Counted from the first letter of the stretch, positions 11,024 through 24,400 are shown. The stretch is 64,000 bases of DNA from Eledone cirrhosa (GCA_964016885.1 OZ024742.1:139810001-139874000); one strand, 5' to 3'. Notes: a model not told the origin generated them from the letters alone. Numbers and translations: made by a program.

Positions 11024-13497
11024 ACATGATGGCTGCAAACTCGTGTTCAAGTATTGCCATCGCCCGATAAAATGTTCAAAAATGTGAAGCACAAATGTGA
11101 CTCTTTAAACCAGCCAAATACTTGCACCCTCTGGCACACACATGGCAACTTTAGGCTCCCCCGAAACCTTCCATTGCTTTGTTATGGTTGTATGTTCACA
11201 TGTATCTTTTAAGACCTCCCATGCTTGTACATTTCTTACACCTTTTCAGATCATAATCTACATGAGGTCTACTGATATGACTTTGTTCATGTCTAATCAA
11301 ACCAGCTTTGCTCAGGCTGACTCGACCACAGTGCTGGCAAACCAGATGATGTTCAACAGCAGGCAGTTCAGAACAGTCTCATTCCTCACCTTCCTTTTCA
11401 GTGTTAGGTGTTCTCTCCGACGAGTTTCAAAGTGTTCACCACCTGACTTGATCAAACGTCTCCACTTCACACGCTCGTCAGCCATTTTCTCCCATTCGTC
11501 AGATGAAATTCCAGCACAAGCCAAGGTGCCCCTGATACAGTCCCGGTACCGCCTTTTTGGTTCATGTGGTGGTTGCCTTCCTTCACACAGTTCTCCATAG
11601 AGAAGTTGCTTTGGAATACGATCATCAGACATCCGGACCACGTGACTGCACCACCTCAACCGATACCGAAAGATTATGCTCTCTATAGTCACGCACCTGC
11701 TCCGTTCTAGAACTTCCAAATCACTGGCGAACATTTTCCACCACACCCCAAGTAACTTATGAAGAGATTGTTGGTGAAATCTCTCCAGATCCTTGAGGTG
11801 CTTTCTGTATATGACCCACGTTTCACAAACATAAAGTAAAGAGGAGACGACACAAGTCAGATATACTTTCACCTTGGTTTCGATAGATACCTCGTCTGGA
11901 CCATAAACGTTGATGCAGCCGTCCAAAAGCATCACTGGCTTTCTTGATTCTTAAGGATATTTCATTATCATGTGTGCATGAAGTGTTCAACGTACTACCA
12001 AGGTAAACAAACTTGTCAGCAACTTTTAGCCTCTTTCCGTACACGTACACACTTGGTGCAGTGTTTCCAAGTACTGGCTGATACATCACAAGAGTCTTTT
12101 CCAAGCTTATTGTGATGCCCGAAGCGCTGCAAGCTGCAGAAAGAGAGTTCATAATATGCTGCATGTCACTTTGTGAGTGTGCAAAAAGATCGCAGTCGTC
12201 TGCATACAAAAACTCTCGGATTATAGATGTTAATACTTTTGTGCTTGTACCAAAGCGCCTGGTGTTGAACAACCTTCCTGGAGTGCGATACCTGATGTAA
12301 ACCCCATGAGAACAATACAATATTTGAATGCCATGAGAAACACTATCGTAAAATATAAGGAAAACAGAGTTGGAGCCGGAATGTCCCCCTACTTCATTCC
12401 ATTTTCAACTGATATTGGTTCAGCGATGCTACCACCAATACTGATCAAAGCCTTCATGTCATCATAGAAAAGATGCAGAATCTTCTACCCTACCTTGGAT
12501 TTTTTTCCCACAACGCAGTTCGATTGACAGTGTCAAAGCCTTTATCAAGTCAACAAAGACCTGGTAAAGGTCCATACATTGTTCGATACACTTTTCTTGC
12601 AGCTGCCGAGCAGAAACAATCATATCCACTGTTCCTCTTTCGTTTCTGAACCCACACTGCGACTCAGGCAACACATTCAGAGCAAGTCTTGGGATCAATC
12701 TATCCATCAATATTCGACACGACTTTACCAACTACTGAAAGAAGGGATATGACATGATAATTGCCACATTTGTCCTTGCCGTCCTTTCCTTTATGGAGAA
12801 TCACCATGAGCGCATCCTTCTTGTGGGACATTCTCATCTTCCCACACCATTTTCATGAGGTCAGTCAGGCGCTGCGTGAAGTTTTCACCACCACACTTCA
12901 AAACCTCTCCACTCAGACCATCCATACCAGGAGACTTACCACAGTTCAGCTTATGCACAACAGAAGTCCCCTCTGCAAGAGAAGATACATTAGCCATCTC
13001 ATATGCTTCACTGGTTCAATAGGAATGGAACAAATGAAATCATCATCAACCTGGTTTAAGAGCTCATCAAAGTGATCTCTCTATCTGTCGAGTGTCTTTT
13101 GGGTCACGCAATAATTGCTTGCCATCTTTCGATCTCAAAGGGGCCACTGGAGAGCTGAAAGGGCCATACACCTATGTGAGTAGAAAGTGCGGCAGTTTCA
13201 CATTGTTGCCGTCAGATGCCACTTGAACTTCATCTGCTTTGTTGCTCCACCAGGTATTTTGCATAGCCCTGAGTTTCACCTGCACTTCCTTCTTTACCTG
13301 TCTGTAACGCTCATAATTGTCACCAACAGAGCTACCACCTTTAAGAACTGCATCAAGTGCCTTTTGTTTTCTGTCTAGCAGAGCCTTGACCTCCTGGTCA
13401 TTCTCATCAAACCAGTCCTTGTTTTCTTGTGACAAAGCCAAGGACCTCTACTGAAGCCTCATAGACTGAGCTCCTGAAGTCCTTCCAGTTGTTCTCA
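11024..13497 (-). mobile_element. RTE-clade (BovB-like) LINE, 5' truncated and frameshifted
   Basis: ORF pieces: NKDWFDEND; GKSPGMDG; LPESQCGFRNERGTVDM...FVDL.KA; RT motif FLYADDCDL; LLYVCETW...RLRWCSHVVRMSDDRIPKQLLYGEL. Flanked on both sides by (ATAC)n. Confidence 0.92.
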
Positions 13498-14269
13498 TAC
13501 ACGCATACATACTTACATATATACATGTATACATACATGCATACATCCATACATCCATCCATCCATCCATACATACATGTATACACACATACACACATAC
13601 ATACATCCATCCATCCATCCATACGTGTATACATACATACATACAATAGTTAAAGTGTTTGACTGACGACCATAAGTTCATGGGTTCATATTTGGGACCG
13701 GGTAGTTATTGAATCAACCTGATATCAATGTTTATTATACAGCACACTTCCTCTTTGGTATAATATGACACAGTAATATCTAACATAGTACCCATCTAAT
13801 CTGTTATAATATGATTTACCTTTCCTCTGTGAAGGCACATGCCTTAGGGGTTACAGTACTGGACTAACCATTATAAAGTCATGGGCTCGTTTCTTCGATC
13901 CTGCAACATGTTGCGTCCTTCAGTAAAATACTTTAGTTCGTGTAGCATCTTCTACCAGGACTTGCGGCAGACAGATAATATCAGTAATGGAAAAAACCTT
14001 GTTTCATTAGTATGACCTGGAAATCAGTTCCACTCTATTTATCTTCTTTATTAAAGGCAATCAAATTATTTTTTATTTTATTCTTTTTCTTATTTTTCTA
14101 TGTTTGTTAAATAAATTCCAAAAAATCGAACTAAATTGAAATTTTGTAATAAAATTTCCATAAAAGTTAATGTTTACAATACAATAAAATGTAATAAAAT
14201 GTATTGAAGTCGACGAAATGTGGACCTTCATTTTTGAAAGATGGATAATGCTATAAGCAGACCTTACAA

Positions 14270-14483
14270 TATTGTACCACAATTTTCTTTTGTGCAAAAG
14301 TGGGCAGCCGAATTTAGAAAAGGATAGGGGATTCTTGAAGATGACCCAATGTCTGGACGTCCTACAACTGCCACTACCGAGGAAAACATTGATCTCAGTA
14401 CTTCAACACCGATGGAAGAAGTGTGTGGAAAAATAAACCTCATTTGGTCACATTCCATGAGAGTATCTTTGTCAACCCTCGTA
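14270..14483 (+). mobile_element. Internally deleted mariner relic
   Basis: VQKWAAEFRKG...LEDDPMSGRPTTATTEENID HTH segment is fused to LQHRWKKCV and a 3' TIR remnant ending CCCTCGTA. Confidence 0.75.
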
Positions 14484-14908
14484 TCTATGCGCAATATACG
14501 TAAAGATACAGAATTGCGGGCACTAAAACGCTATTAGCTGTCATATTTGTTGGTGAAAAAAATTTGATTATAAAACTTAAATTTATGAATGACTTGTTTT
14601 CTACGTTGATAACCATGACTTGTTTTCTAATTAACTTAAATTTGTTTTCTAATTTGGCCCTTTTAAGGGCCACCTATATTTTCATTTAAGTAACTCCACT
14701 TACATCGATATGCTTTATAACCATAACTTTTTTTCTATTTGTTTTCTAATTTGGCCCTTTTAAGTCTCCCTCTGTCTCTCAAAAAAATGCGTGAAAACTC
14801 CACTTACGCGTGGTAGTAATACGGAAATAAACGATGTTGACGAGTGACGCCACTTTCGCCTGTTTTCCACTGGACTGACAGCTAATAGCGTTGTAGTGCC
14901 AGGAAAAA

Positions 14909-15338
14909 GTATAAATTAGTCATAAGTATTGGCTAGTATTCAGTTTTAGTTTCAGTTCTCTTTATTTACTAATAATGTAGTTACACATATAAAATTGATT
15001 CTATACAAGTAGTAGCACTCGATGTTACTCAGATATTTCATGAAAGTAACAATAAATTTTTGAGCACGACGAATAAAGTAGATAGAATCTCTGTGCATTT
15101 TCTCCTGAAACCAGATGAACTAATTAGTAAGTGTTTTGCAATAAACTATTTTTTTTTAGAGCAAACATCACGAGCGCTCTATCTCAAAATTATTTTTGAA
15201 AAGCATTAGAAATGCGAAACCGGTAAAAACTTAAAACTAAAACTGAATACTAACCAATACTTATTACTAATTTATACTTATTCCTAATTAAACTATTTTT
15301 CACTGGGAAAAATTTGTCAGCATTTTCTTTTCCTTTTA

Positions 15339-15345
<7 letters not shown>
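14909..15345 (+). mobile_element. Small PLE-like insert with inverted repeat and variant hammerhead motif
   Basis: IR at 14909-14957 and 15228-15278. Motif TTGAAAA-GCATT/AATGC-GAAACCGGTA at ~15195-15225, with weak stem I. Same family as the ends of the 25283-27852 palindrome; ends in (AT)n. Confidence 0.55.
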
Positions 15346-15375
<30 letters not shown>

Positions 15376-15379
<4 letters not shown>

Positions 15380-15643
15380 TAGCGAGGATCGTATTTCGGC
15401 TATTGGAAATTAGCGAAAGGCACCTTCCGAGAAGTGAGGCAAGCGCTCAATAGAAGCTAGTGTTCTAGAGCAACAACGTAAGTTAAAAGGCCAAACACAC
15501 TGAGGCGGTGGTTAAACCATTATCCGCACAGCCATAGAAACGACCAAGCCATTTCGGGTCAAACAAATAATAAAATATGATTGAAAATTATATCCGGACC
15601 CCCGGAAACGTTGGTAATATCCAGCACGGGGTTTCTGCAACTC
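15376..15643 (+). repeat. (AT)n-embedded dispersed repeat (~590-bp unit family), partial
   Basis: Aligns with 33448-33706 and with the reverse complement of 35180-35450. Confidence 0.7.
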
Positions 15644-15674
15644 CTATATATATATGACCAATATACATATATAT

Positions 15675-15793
<119 letters not shown>

Positions 15794-15844
15794 GACCAAA
15801 TATTTATTATTAGCACAGATTAAAAGTTTAAGCATATATATATA

Positions 15845-15921
15845 TAAGGGTCGACTGAAAAGTTCATAGGTTGAAAAGACACTCTTATAGAATGGTCAAA
15901 TAAAGTATATTTTTCAGCATA
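15845..15921 (+). mobile_element. Mariner 5' TIR fragment
   Basis: AAGGGTCGACTGAAAAGTTCATAGG...CACTCTTATAGAATGGTCAAAT resembles the reverse complement of the TIR remnant at 14440-14483. Confidence 0.6.
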
Positions 15922-15952
15922 CATACATATATGTGTGTGGTGTGTGTGTGTG

Positions 15953-15987
<35 letters not shown>

Positions 15988-16473
15988 AAAATTGCGGTCC
16001 TAGACAATATTTAATTCTTTGGCTCGTTACAATTATTGTTTAATTCTCCCTGGTAACAGATATGCCTTTGATCAAATTAACAAGAAAACAAAACGAAAAA
16101 CAATGTCTTAAGGGGAAACCTTAAAAAATTATTTAAAACACAGAACTCCATGGTCATCGGCCGTTTAAGATAGACTTTGGCAGTTTCGACCCCTACCAAG
16201 GATACTCTAATCCAGCCGGGTCCACAGCGTCTGACATAAGCCAAAGGCTGTCCATTGGAGTAAGAGACGAGATACAAAACATTCATTTATAGCAATTAAG
16301 TATAAATACATATATATAATATAAAGTTTTATGCGCTTAACATGTATGTGCGCCATTTAGTTTCGGGCGCCAGTTATGGCCACCACTATTCAGTGTGTGA
16401 AACTTTATACTAAATAAACTGTCTTGCAAAAGATTGACCATTGTTTTCCTTGATCTTTTATCTCCAAATATCT

Positions 16474-16567
<94 letters not shown>

Positions 16568-16568
<1 letters not shown>

Positions 16569-16600
16569 GACCCCGACGGCAGAGCTCAAGCCGTATCGAT

Positions 16601-16677
<77 letters not shown>

Positions 16678-16750
16678 TCTACTACCCTAAGTATTGAGTA
16701 CTCTGGTGCGTTATGGCCCATCTGGTTCCTTACCACAACTCCTTCGTTAT
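16568..16750 (+). mobile_element. Partial copy of the branched-hairpin element family (see 24620)
   Basis: GACCCCGACGGCAGAGCTCAAGCCGT and CTACTACCCTAAGTATTGAGTACT...CCTTCGTTATA segments, separated by microsatellite. Confidence 0.7.
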
Positions 16751-16794
16751 ATATATATATTGGAAAATGTGTGTAATCCTTGGTACAGTTAGGT

Positions 16795-17116
16795 ATATTA
16801 AGACAGGGGGGAAGAAAAAATGGCTTCACTTGTGCTTTCAACAAATTTATTTTCTTCACAAAATCCAAAAAGAATTTTTTTTTTTCCGATTAGAAAAAAA
16901 AATTTTTTTTTTTTTTTTTTTATTTCCTACGTTAACCAAGAACTCCTAAGACCTAACCAAAAACCAACAACTTAATTTATAAAATAATTTTTTTTAAGAA
17001 AAAAAAAAAAAAAAAAATTTTTTCTAATCCGGAAAAAAATAAATTCTTTTTGGATTTTATGAAGAAAATAAATTTGTTGAAAGCACAAGTGAAGCCATTT
17101 TTTCTTCCCCCCTGTC

Positions 17117-17122
<6 letters not shown>
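16795..17122. repeat. Long inverted repeat next to (AT)n
   Basis: ATATTAAGACAGGGGGGAAG...CCAAAAAGAATTT (16795-16880) versus 17040-17122; further degenerate pairing inward. Confidence 0.85.
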
Positions 17123-17198
<76 letters not shown>

Positions 17199-17230
17199 AA
17201 GAAATTACAGATGGTTAAAAATGTTCCATA

Positions 17231-17301
17231 TATTTTATTATGCGCATTTCAAAAACAAATATCATCCTGGGACGATAGTTGCGTTCTCATCAGATAAAAT
17301 A
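17231..17301 (-). ncRNA. Type I hammerhead ribozyme motif
   Basis: Stem I TATTTTAT/ATAAAATA, CTGATGA, stem II with inner TATCGTC/GATGATA, GAAA, palindromic stem III ATGCGCAT, AUA site. Confidence 0.85.
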
Positions 17302-18393
17302 AGGTAACATGATATGATGCCTAAAAAACACTTGTGAACAAGGAAGTGTCCAATCAACATAAGATAAATAAATATAAAAGGATATAGAAGATTGGAAAAA
17401 AAAGGAAAGAAGAGGAAAAAAGGAAAAAGAAGGAGAAGAGAGCGGAGGAAAAATTTAAGAAGGAAGGAGAGAGAAAGAGAAAGAGAAAGGAGGGAGAGAG
17501 AGACATTTAAATTGGAAACGCTGTCAAAACTGAAAAACAACTGTGAATAACGGCTGGGAAAAAAATATATATATACGGCTACTAAATAAATAAATTAAAA
17601 AATTGATGAGGTTTATGATTGATGATGTTTATGATTTCAGATATAGAAACTAGGTATATTATTTATTTCGGGTTTATATACTAAAAGATTTATTAAGAGG
17701 TGTGAAAATGTATTATTAAAATAAAATAAAATAAGATAAAATAAAGTAAAATAAAATTAAATGATTTATAAGCGTAGAAGACGATATAATGTCCTAGTTT
17801 GTTTAAATAGAATGTAATTGAAAAAATATTTCTGTGAAAAAGTATATATGTCTAGAAGGAAATAAATAATGTCAAAAATTAAAAGTTTACTATTAAAAAA
17901 ATTACAGATTATATATAAAAATTAAAGATTATATATAAAAAAATGTATTGTAGATTATATATACAGGAATTATATATGTGGGAAAACTATTTAAATATTT
18001 AAATATTAAATTAATCCACAAGTAAATAAAGGAAAATGTTATAATTATTTAAGGGTAGAAAAAAGAAAAACATCTGACGTCATAATTTGTTTACAAAATC
18101 AACTAATCTTTATACTGATTAAATGGGGAAAGAGAGCGGCTTAAAAAGTATAATAATGAGAAAAAATAATATAAAGAAACATTAAATATGAACTATCTAA
18201 ATAATATTTTGTATCACCAGATAGATAAAGGAATTTGCTAGAGTGATTTGAAAAGTAAAGGACCAAATAACGTCTTCGTATGTTTAAGAACTTTGTAGAA
18301 TGTACTGAAATATGCGAGAAAAAGGTATTTGTGTAAAAAAAATATGTGTGTGAGAAATTTTTTAATCTTAATCATGGAATAAGATATAGGGTA

Positions 18394-18959
18394 TTAGCTG
18401 TATACTTTGTGAAATGACCTAAGAGATTTATGGATGCAGAGACCAAATAAATCCGTGCGTCTATTTATTATAGATTTGAAATTCGAGATAATGGAAAATT
18501 TTTCAGCTAGACATAAATTACCAGCCCTAGATATGGAAGCGTTAGAATATGGAGAAGCATTGCATATTTTACGCCAAGAAATTTTGTAATTAATGTTTTT
18601 GTCTTTTAAGGACCAGATGAGTTCTGAGAGTGCAGTGTTTGTTCTTTTAATTGGATATTTAAAAGAGGAAGAATGGTTATATAGTCTTGATATAAAGGAA
18701 GTAGAAGTAGAGCCAATGTAGGTATAAGAATTGGTACTAGTTAGCACCTTACTTTCGTATACTAGATTTTTTTATCGAGACAGAAATTATTAAGAGGACA
18801 TTTAGTTCTATTAGGGCAGTTGTATTTACGATTAATGCTATTAACAGAGTTATTTGCAAGTGGCCCAGGATTATTTATAATAGGAATTGTAGTGGTGGAA
18901 TTATCTAAAGGAGGTGCTAACGTTTCCTGATTTAGATTACTATTAGAAGCATTCATCAA
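18394..18959 (-). pseudogene. PLE GIY-YIG endonuclease domain (frameshifted)
   Basis: ORFs 18762-18959 and 18394-18747 carry the Cys cluster, YIG motif and R..NH. Confidence 0.8.
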
Positions 18960-19504
18960 AATTCCGTTTGACGTCGTATTTATATTTAAGTTATCTTGTC
19001 TAGAGTTTACATTGACGTCGGGCCTTAAAGTGTTATTATTATAACGCCAAGGGTTGGATGCATATGAGTTATTATTTAATATTTTAGTATTATATTTTGA
19101 GATAATGTTAGAAATGTTAGAAGTGGTGGAATAAGAGAATTTAATTGTATGCTTATTAAAAATCTTACTATAAATATGTGAAGGAAGGAAGCAATTATCT
19201 AACGCCCTAAAAAATAATTTAGGAATATTACTAATAATTGAAAGAGAGAATGGAGCGTTGTACCAGATAATATTTTTATATCTAGGTCTCCTATTTATGT
19301 TATTGGTATGCTTATAACTAGCTATATTACTATAAGTTCTGCCAAGATTAGTTTCTTTAGTGTATTTAATTTTGTCTGGATAACCAGCTCTGGATAGCGC
19401 ATTATTGAAATAATTGGTGTTAGCATCAAAGATAAGTTTATTAGAAGATAGATTAGAAATTCTTTTTTCAACATTTCTGATTATAGCAGTTTTTATATAT
19501 ATAG

Positions 19505-19569
<65 letters not shown>

Positions 19570-19608
19570 AAACGAAGAATCAGTGATGCATCGAAACACA
19601 ATTTATTA

Positions 19609-19701
19609 ACGTATTACACTTGTTTCTCCGGCGAACAGCTCGAGGTACGATCTATTTATGGATTGAACCTGACTCTGGATTCGCAAGTTCCTCAGATACG
19701 T
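19609..19701 (-). ncRNA. Type I hammerhead motif with extended stem II, within a ~240-bp (AT)n-flanked element (19565-19805)
   Basis: Stem I ACGTAT/ATACGT, CTGAGGA, long stem II (GCGAA/TTCGC, AGGTTCAATC/GATCGTACCT), GAAA, stem III ACA/TGT, GUA site. Confidence 0.7.
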
Positions 19702-19800
19702 CTAGCGACTTCGAAGCAAATCTTCCATCTTATACTCTACTCTGAAGGAGCATAGAGTGCTCAACCGGCATACCACCTATGGACGCATCTAAGCAACCTT

Positions 19801-19864
<64 letters not shown>

Positions 19865-19866
<2 letters not shown>

Positions 19867-20480
19867 AGGGAGAGAGAGAGAGTAAATCGACACCAGGGAA
19901 TGACTGGTACTTTATTTTAACCATATCCCGTAAGGATGAAAATCGAAGTTGAACTCGGCGGAATTTGAACTCTGAAAGTAAATTGCCATAACTAACGCTG
20001 CAAAACATTTTGTCCGACGCTCTATTGATTCTGCCAATCCACTGCCTTACTTTAAAACAACAGCAATAATATCTCATCCCATATTTTACAGTGGACCATA
20101 AATTTGGGAAATTCGATTATATCGCCCCCAATACTTTATTTTATCGAATTTGGATGGATGAAAAACGAAGTTGACCTCGGCGGGATTTGAACTCAGAGCC
20201 AGATAAATACCACAAAATATTTCATCTGGTGTTCTAACGATTCTGCCAATCCACTGCTTTTTTTTAAAACAACAACAATATTATCAATAATTGTTTCTAT
20301 TTCAGACACAAGCCCAGCAATTTCTGGGATGGAGTAAGTAAGTTTATTCGATCTCAAAACATGGCGGGTACTTTGTTTTTGGTAAAATAACTTCGGTGAG
20401 ATTTGAATTGAGAATGTGGAAGAAAGAACTCAAAATGTTGTATTTGATGCTGGTCCGATTCTGCCAATACACCACAAGAA
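19865..20480 (-). mobile_element. Cluster of three degenerate SINE B-like copies
   Basis: Repeated ...TCGGCGG(A/G)ATTTGAACTC...GATTCTGCCAATCCAC. Confidence 0.75.
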
Positions 20481-21215
20481 AGATTTAATGCCTAATGAAC
20501 AGAAGGGCTGTCAAAAATGGTAAAATGGTGTATGTGCATCTGTGTGTGGGGGGGGGGGGGGTCGTGTGTGTGTGGCTAAGCTTTAACTTGTTGGCAGCTT
20601 TAACTGGCATTTAGACGTACATGTGCACACAGACAGACTGACAAGACAAACATAGACAAATTTCTCTAACGGCACACAGACCAAGATGTAAAACAGTTTG
20701 TCATATATATATATAGAGAGAGAGGGGGGAACAGACATGCAGACAGACAGACATACAGATAGATATGTTTCTTTATTAGCCACAGGGGCACAAAAGAAGG
20801 GGACAAATACAAAGGGGGAAGTTTACATACGATAAAAACGTGTAAAATGTTATCACAAATGCAATTTAAAAACAGATAGATAGATAGATAGATCGTGGAG
20901 AATTTGAGGAGAGAGAGAGAGGGGGAAGAGAGAGAGGGAGAGAGAGAGCGAGAGAGGGGAGAGAGAGAGAGAATGAGGTGGGATTGTCAGATCTACAGGC
21001 TTGCTTGCTTACTGGGAATTGACAAAAACACATGGTGAGTGCTTTAAGAGATGTATGTATTTAATGTGTAACTATCTAAATATGTATCCCTAAGTAGAAA
21101 CATATGCGTGTATACGTACATGTATACATACGTAAATACATGCATGCATACATACATATATAAACATAAATACGTATTTACACGCACAAGCACACGTACA
21201 CACAATCAATCACTT

Positions 21216-21260
<45 letters not shown>

Positions 21261-21396
21261 CAGTATATATATATATATATTTATATATATTATATGTATA
21301 TATATATATATATTATAGGAAAAGGTATGACCCCGACGGCAGAGCTCAAGCCGTTTCGACGGCTATTTCTGGACTAAATTAGAATCATTATATATA

Positions 21397-21576
21397 TTGG
21401 CAGTATCGGTAGAGGTTCGGACGCCATGCTTTGACGCATAGAGTTACGGCCCTTGCCATTCTGAGTTCAAATCCCGCCGAGGTTAACTTTGCCTTTCATC
21501 CTTACGGGGTCGATAAAATAAAGTACCAGTAATGTACTGGGTAATTTTCTGGCCTTGTGCCAATAGTAGAAACAAT

Positions 21577-21580
<4 letters not shown>
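21397..21580 (+). mobile_element. SINE family B
   Basis: TTGGCAGTATCGGTAGAG...GAGTTCAAATCCCGCCGAGG...GTAGAAACAATTA. Confidence 0.88.
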
Positions 21581-21635
<55 letters not shown>

Positions 21636-21638
<3 letters not shown>

Positions 21639-21787
21639 CCGGTAGGACCCCGACGGCTGAGCTCAAGCCGTTTCGACGGTTAATTCTGGACGGGGTCCTA
21701 CCCGTTCATATCACCCACTCTACTACCCTAAGTATTGAGTACTTTGGTGCGTTATGGTCCATCTGGTTCCTTACCACATTTCCTTCG

Positions 21788-21790
<3 letters not shown>
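21636..21790 (+). mobile_element. (AT)n-embedded hairpin element with hammerhead 3' half
   Basis: IR GAACC/GGTAGGACCCC versus GGGGTCCTACC/CGTTC; shares its body with 24620-24802. Confidence 0.8.
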
Positions 21791-21880
<90 letters not shown>

Positions 21881-21990
21881 CCTCATTAGCATATTCATCC
21901 CAAGATTTGAAATTCTTTTCACTATTCAAACAGAACTTAAAACGATAAGTTCTTGTTTTGCATATGTCACTATCTGTAAAACAATTTTTA

Positions 21991-22053
21991 TATTTTATCT
22001 GATGAGAGCGTACCAAAAAATCTTGGTAACCTTGAAATATATATAATAAAATA
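21991..22053 (+). ncRNA. Type I hammerhead motif in a ~310-bp (AT)n-flanked insert (21875-22190)
   Basis: Stem I TATTTTAT/ATAAAATA, CTGATGA, stem II GAG/CTT plus TACCAA/TTGGTA, GAAA, palindromic stem III ATATATAT, AUA site. Confidence 0.85.
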
Positions 22054-22199
22054 AAATATGGTTTATAAAGACAGTTTCCATTTATTAATACTTTTGATAT
22101 TATACTCCAGAAGAAAATTGTAGAGTGCTTCTAAGCTGTTATAAACTAATTTTGTTGAATAACCAACAAATTAAATAACTCATTGTTTATATATATATA

Positions 22200-23449
22200 T
22201 CTTTATATATATAAAAGCGAGGATGTGTGTGTATCTGTGTACAATTTGGCATGCATAAGGCTTTCACAATTACCAACTGAATTTGACCAAATTTTCTGTG
22301 CACTTTGCACAGGTCGATAAGATTGTCACATCACAAACATTTTTCAAATCGACCCACGTTGAGCAATAAAAAATCGATATCAAAATTATCGGTAGAAAAA
22401 TTGATGTAAGGGAGATAACAAACTTTATTGACAATCCTTATAAGAAAGGGAGATAACATACTTTTCAATATAAACATCACATTCATTTGATTGACGAGAT
22501 TTTGATGGTGGTTTTATCTTTTGTTTCTTGGTTATTCTTTGTTGCACTTTCAAAGTTATTGAGAAATGCTTCAGCCACTGCTACGGCACGAGCTGTAGAG
22601 ACTGTAACAAGTCGAGCTATTCGGTTGGAGGGTAACGCTCAGCGTAGAGCTTTATGGCGGGGTATTTCAAAGGCATCACGCTCACGATGGCAGTTAATTA
22701 TAACAGTTAATTAAGGCACTTAATTATGACCCTAATGTAAACTATCAAATCCATCCTGATATTCAAATATATGCCATGTCAAATACTTGCCAACATTGTA
22801 AAGCTAAAAAGTGGGAGGGGGGGGGAGAATCAGCTGGAATATGCTGCTCCAACGGTAAGATTAATTTTCCCACACTTAGGGAACCACCGCAACCTCTCCA
22901 GATTGTTCTAACAGGTAAGCATTCACAATCACGTGATTTTTCTGAAGCATATCCAACAGTACAACATTGCGTTTCAAATGAACTTATTACAGCTCTGCCT
23001 TGACTTCGCCTTACTCATTACAAAACATACCAATGAATATGTTAGGCAGGATATTTTGGATTATAAGTTAAAAATGTAACCATACACAGCAAAGGATGCT
23101 CTCAAAGAATAGATTTTCTCTTATTCTACTCTCATTGTTTTTTTGTTTGTATACAACTCTGCTTTCATTACAACTTTTTGTACTTTAGTAAAACTGTCTG
23201 TTTTTTTACAGATTTGCAACGTGTATTGTCTTTAATCATTTGTATAACTACATCCTGTTCAGTGTTTTCCTTCATTATCAACATAGTGTTATGTGTACAA
23301 AGATTGCACTAAATATTCGTTTGCATTAATTATTGAAGACTTCTGCTTATTTTGACAGGTTGGGGACAAATAATGTTCTTCTTTTACTTCCTAGCTGTAT
23401 ATTCTTAGCATAATTTCAAACCCCGAGCAACGCCGGGTAAATCTGCTAA
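22200..23449 (+). mobile_element. Internally deleted Helitron
   Basis: 5' TC-TTTATATATATAAAA. Rep N-terminal fragment CQHCKAKKWEG..ESAGICCSNGKI.FP.L.EPP at 22776-23003. 3' hairpin CCCGAGCAACGCCGGG followed by CTAA; inserted between A and T. Confidence 0.85.
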
Positions 23450-23464
23450 TATATATATATATAT

Positions 23465-23920
23465 ATCGTTTTTGAATTTGTTTTGCAAGATTTCTTATCT
23501 GAAAACGTGTATTGAAATGAAACATATATTGTTATACTTTGGGAGGGTCATGTTGCAAATAAAAATACACGCATCTGTTAGTTTTCACTTTAACTCATCA
23601 TAAATTTCCGGTTGGTTGGTTTGATAATGGGATGGTTGTTTATATATTGTCAAAGCTCTTTCGTCACACATTCTGTAACCTCCACAGTGACTAGGTTTTT
23701 ATTTTGTCTCTCTACACCATCTTGTTTTTGTGTCTAATTACTGAGGAGGTTACAGAATGTGTGACGAATAAATTTTGACAATATATAAACAACCATCCGG
23801 TTATCCAACCAACCAACCAACGGGAAATTTATAATAAATTGAAGTGAAATGAAAACTAACAGGTGCGTGTATCTTTATTGGGAGCATGAAGCCCCCCTCC
23901 CTACCCAAAGTATAACACTA
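23465..23920. mobile_element. Inverted pair of PLE pseudo-LTR fragments (family of 46078-48200) with degenerate hammerheads
   Basis: IR at ~23525-23690 and 23742-23920. Contains CTGAGGAG-GTTAC/GTGAC-GAAT, similar to 47957-48200. Confidence 0.75.
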
Positions 23921-24011
23921 TATATATATACGTGTGTGTGTGTGTGTGTGTGTGTGTATTGAAACACACACATATATATATATATATGTATTTGTGTGAT
24001 TTGTGTGAGTA

Positions 24012-24076
<65 letters not shown>

Positions 24077-24169
24077 TGCGTGTGCGTATAACTATGATAA
24101 AGCATGCGATTTTGTGATAATGTTCTTCACATTTTTTTCCCTTCCGAAAAAAAACCCCAACAAAACGTT

Positions 24170-24220
<51 letters not shown>

Positions 24221-24272
24221 CACTACTACTACTACTACTACTACCACTACTACTGCTACTACTACTACTACC

Positions 24273-24304
<32 letters not shown>

Positions 24305-24400
24305 CACCACTACTACTACTACTACCACTACTACTACGACGACGACGACGACGACGATGACGACGACGACAACGACGACGGCGACGGCGACGACGATGGC
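24170..24400. repeat. Compound trinucleotide microsatellite (ACT)n-(ACC)n-(ACG)n
   Basis: Directly visible. Confidence 0.95.

Larger units (their letters stand above)
17197..19490 (-). mobile_element. Penelope-like element, 3' part (RT thumb, linker, C-terminal GIY-YIG EN, hammerhead-bearing 3' region)
   Basis: Minus-strand FNNALSRAGY, IIWYNAPFS, CPNRTKCPLNNFC, YIGSTSTSFISRLYNH and INRRTDLFGLCIH; flanked by (AT)n on both sides. Confidence 0.85.

Noticed and set aside
16160-16240. Minus-strand hammerhead (CTGTG-GACCC...GGGTC-GAAAC...GTC)
   Set aside because: The core lacks two conserved bases and stem I does not pair; at most a relic.
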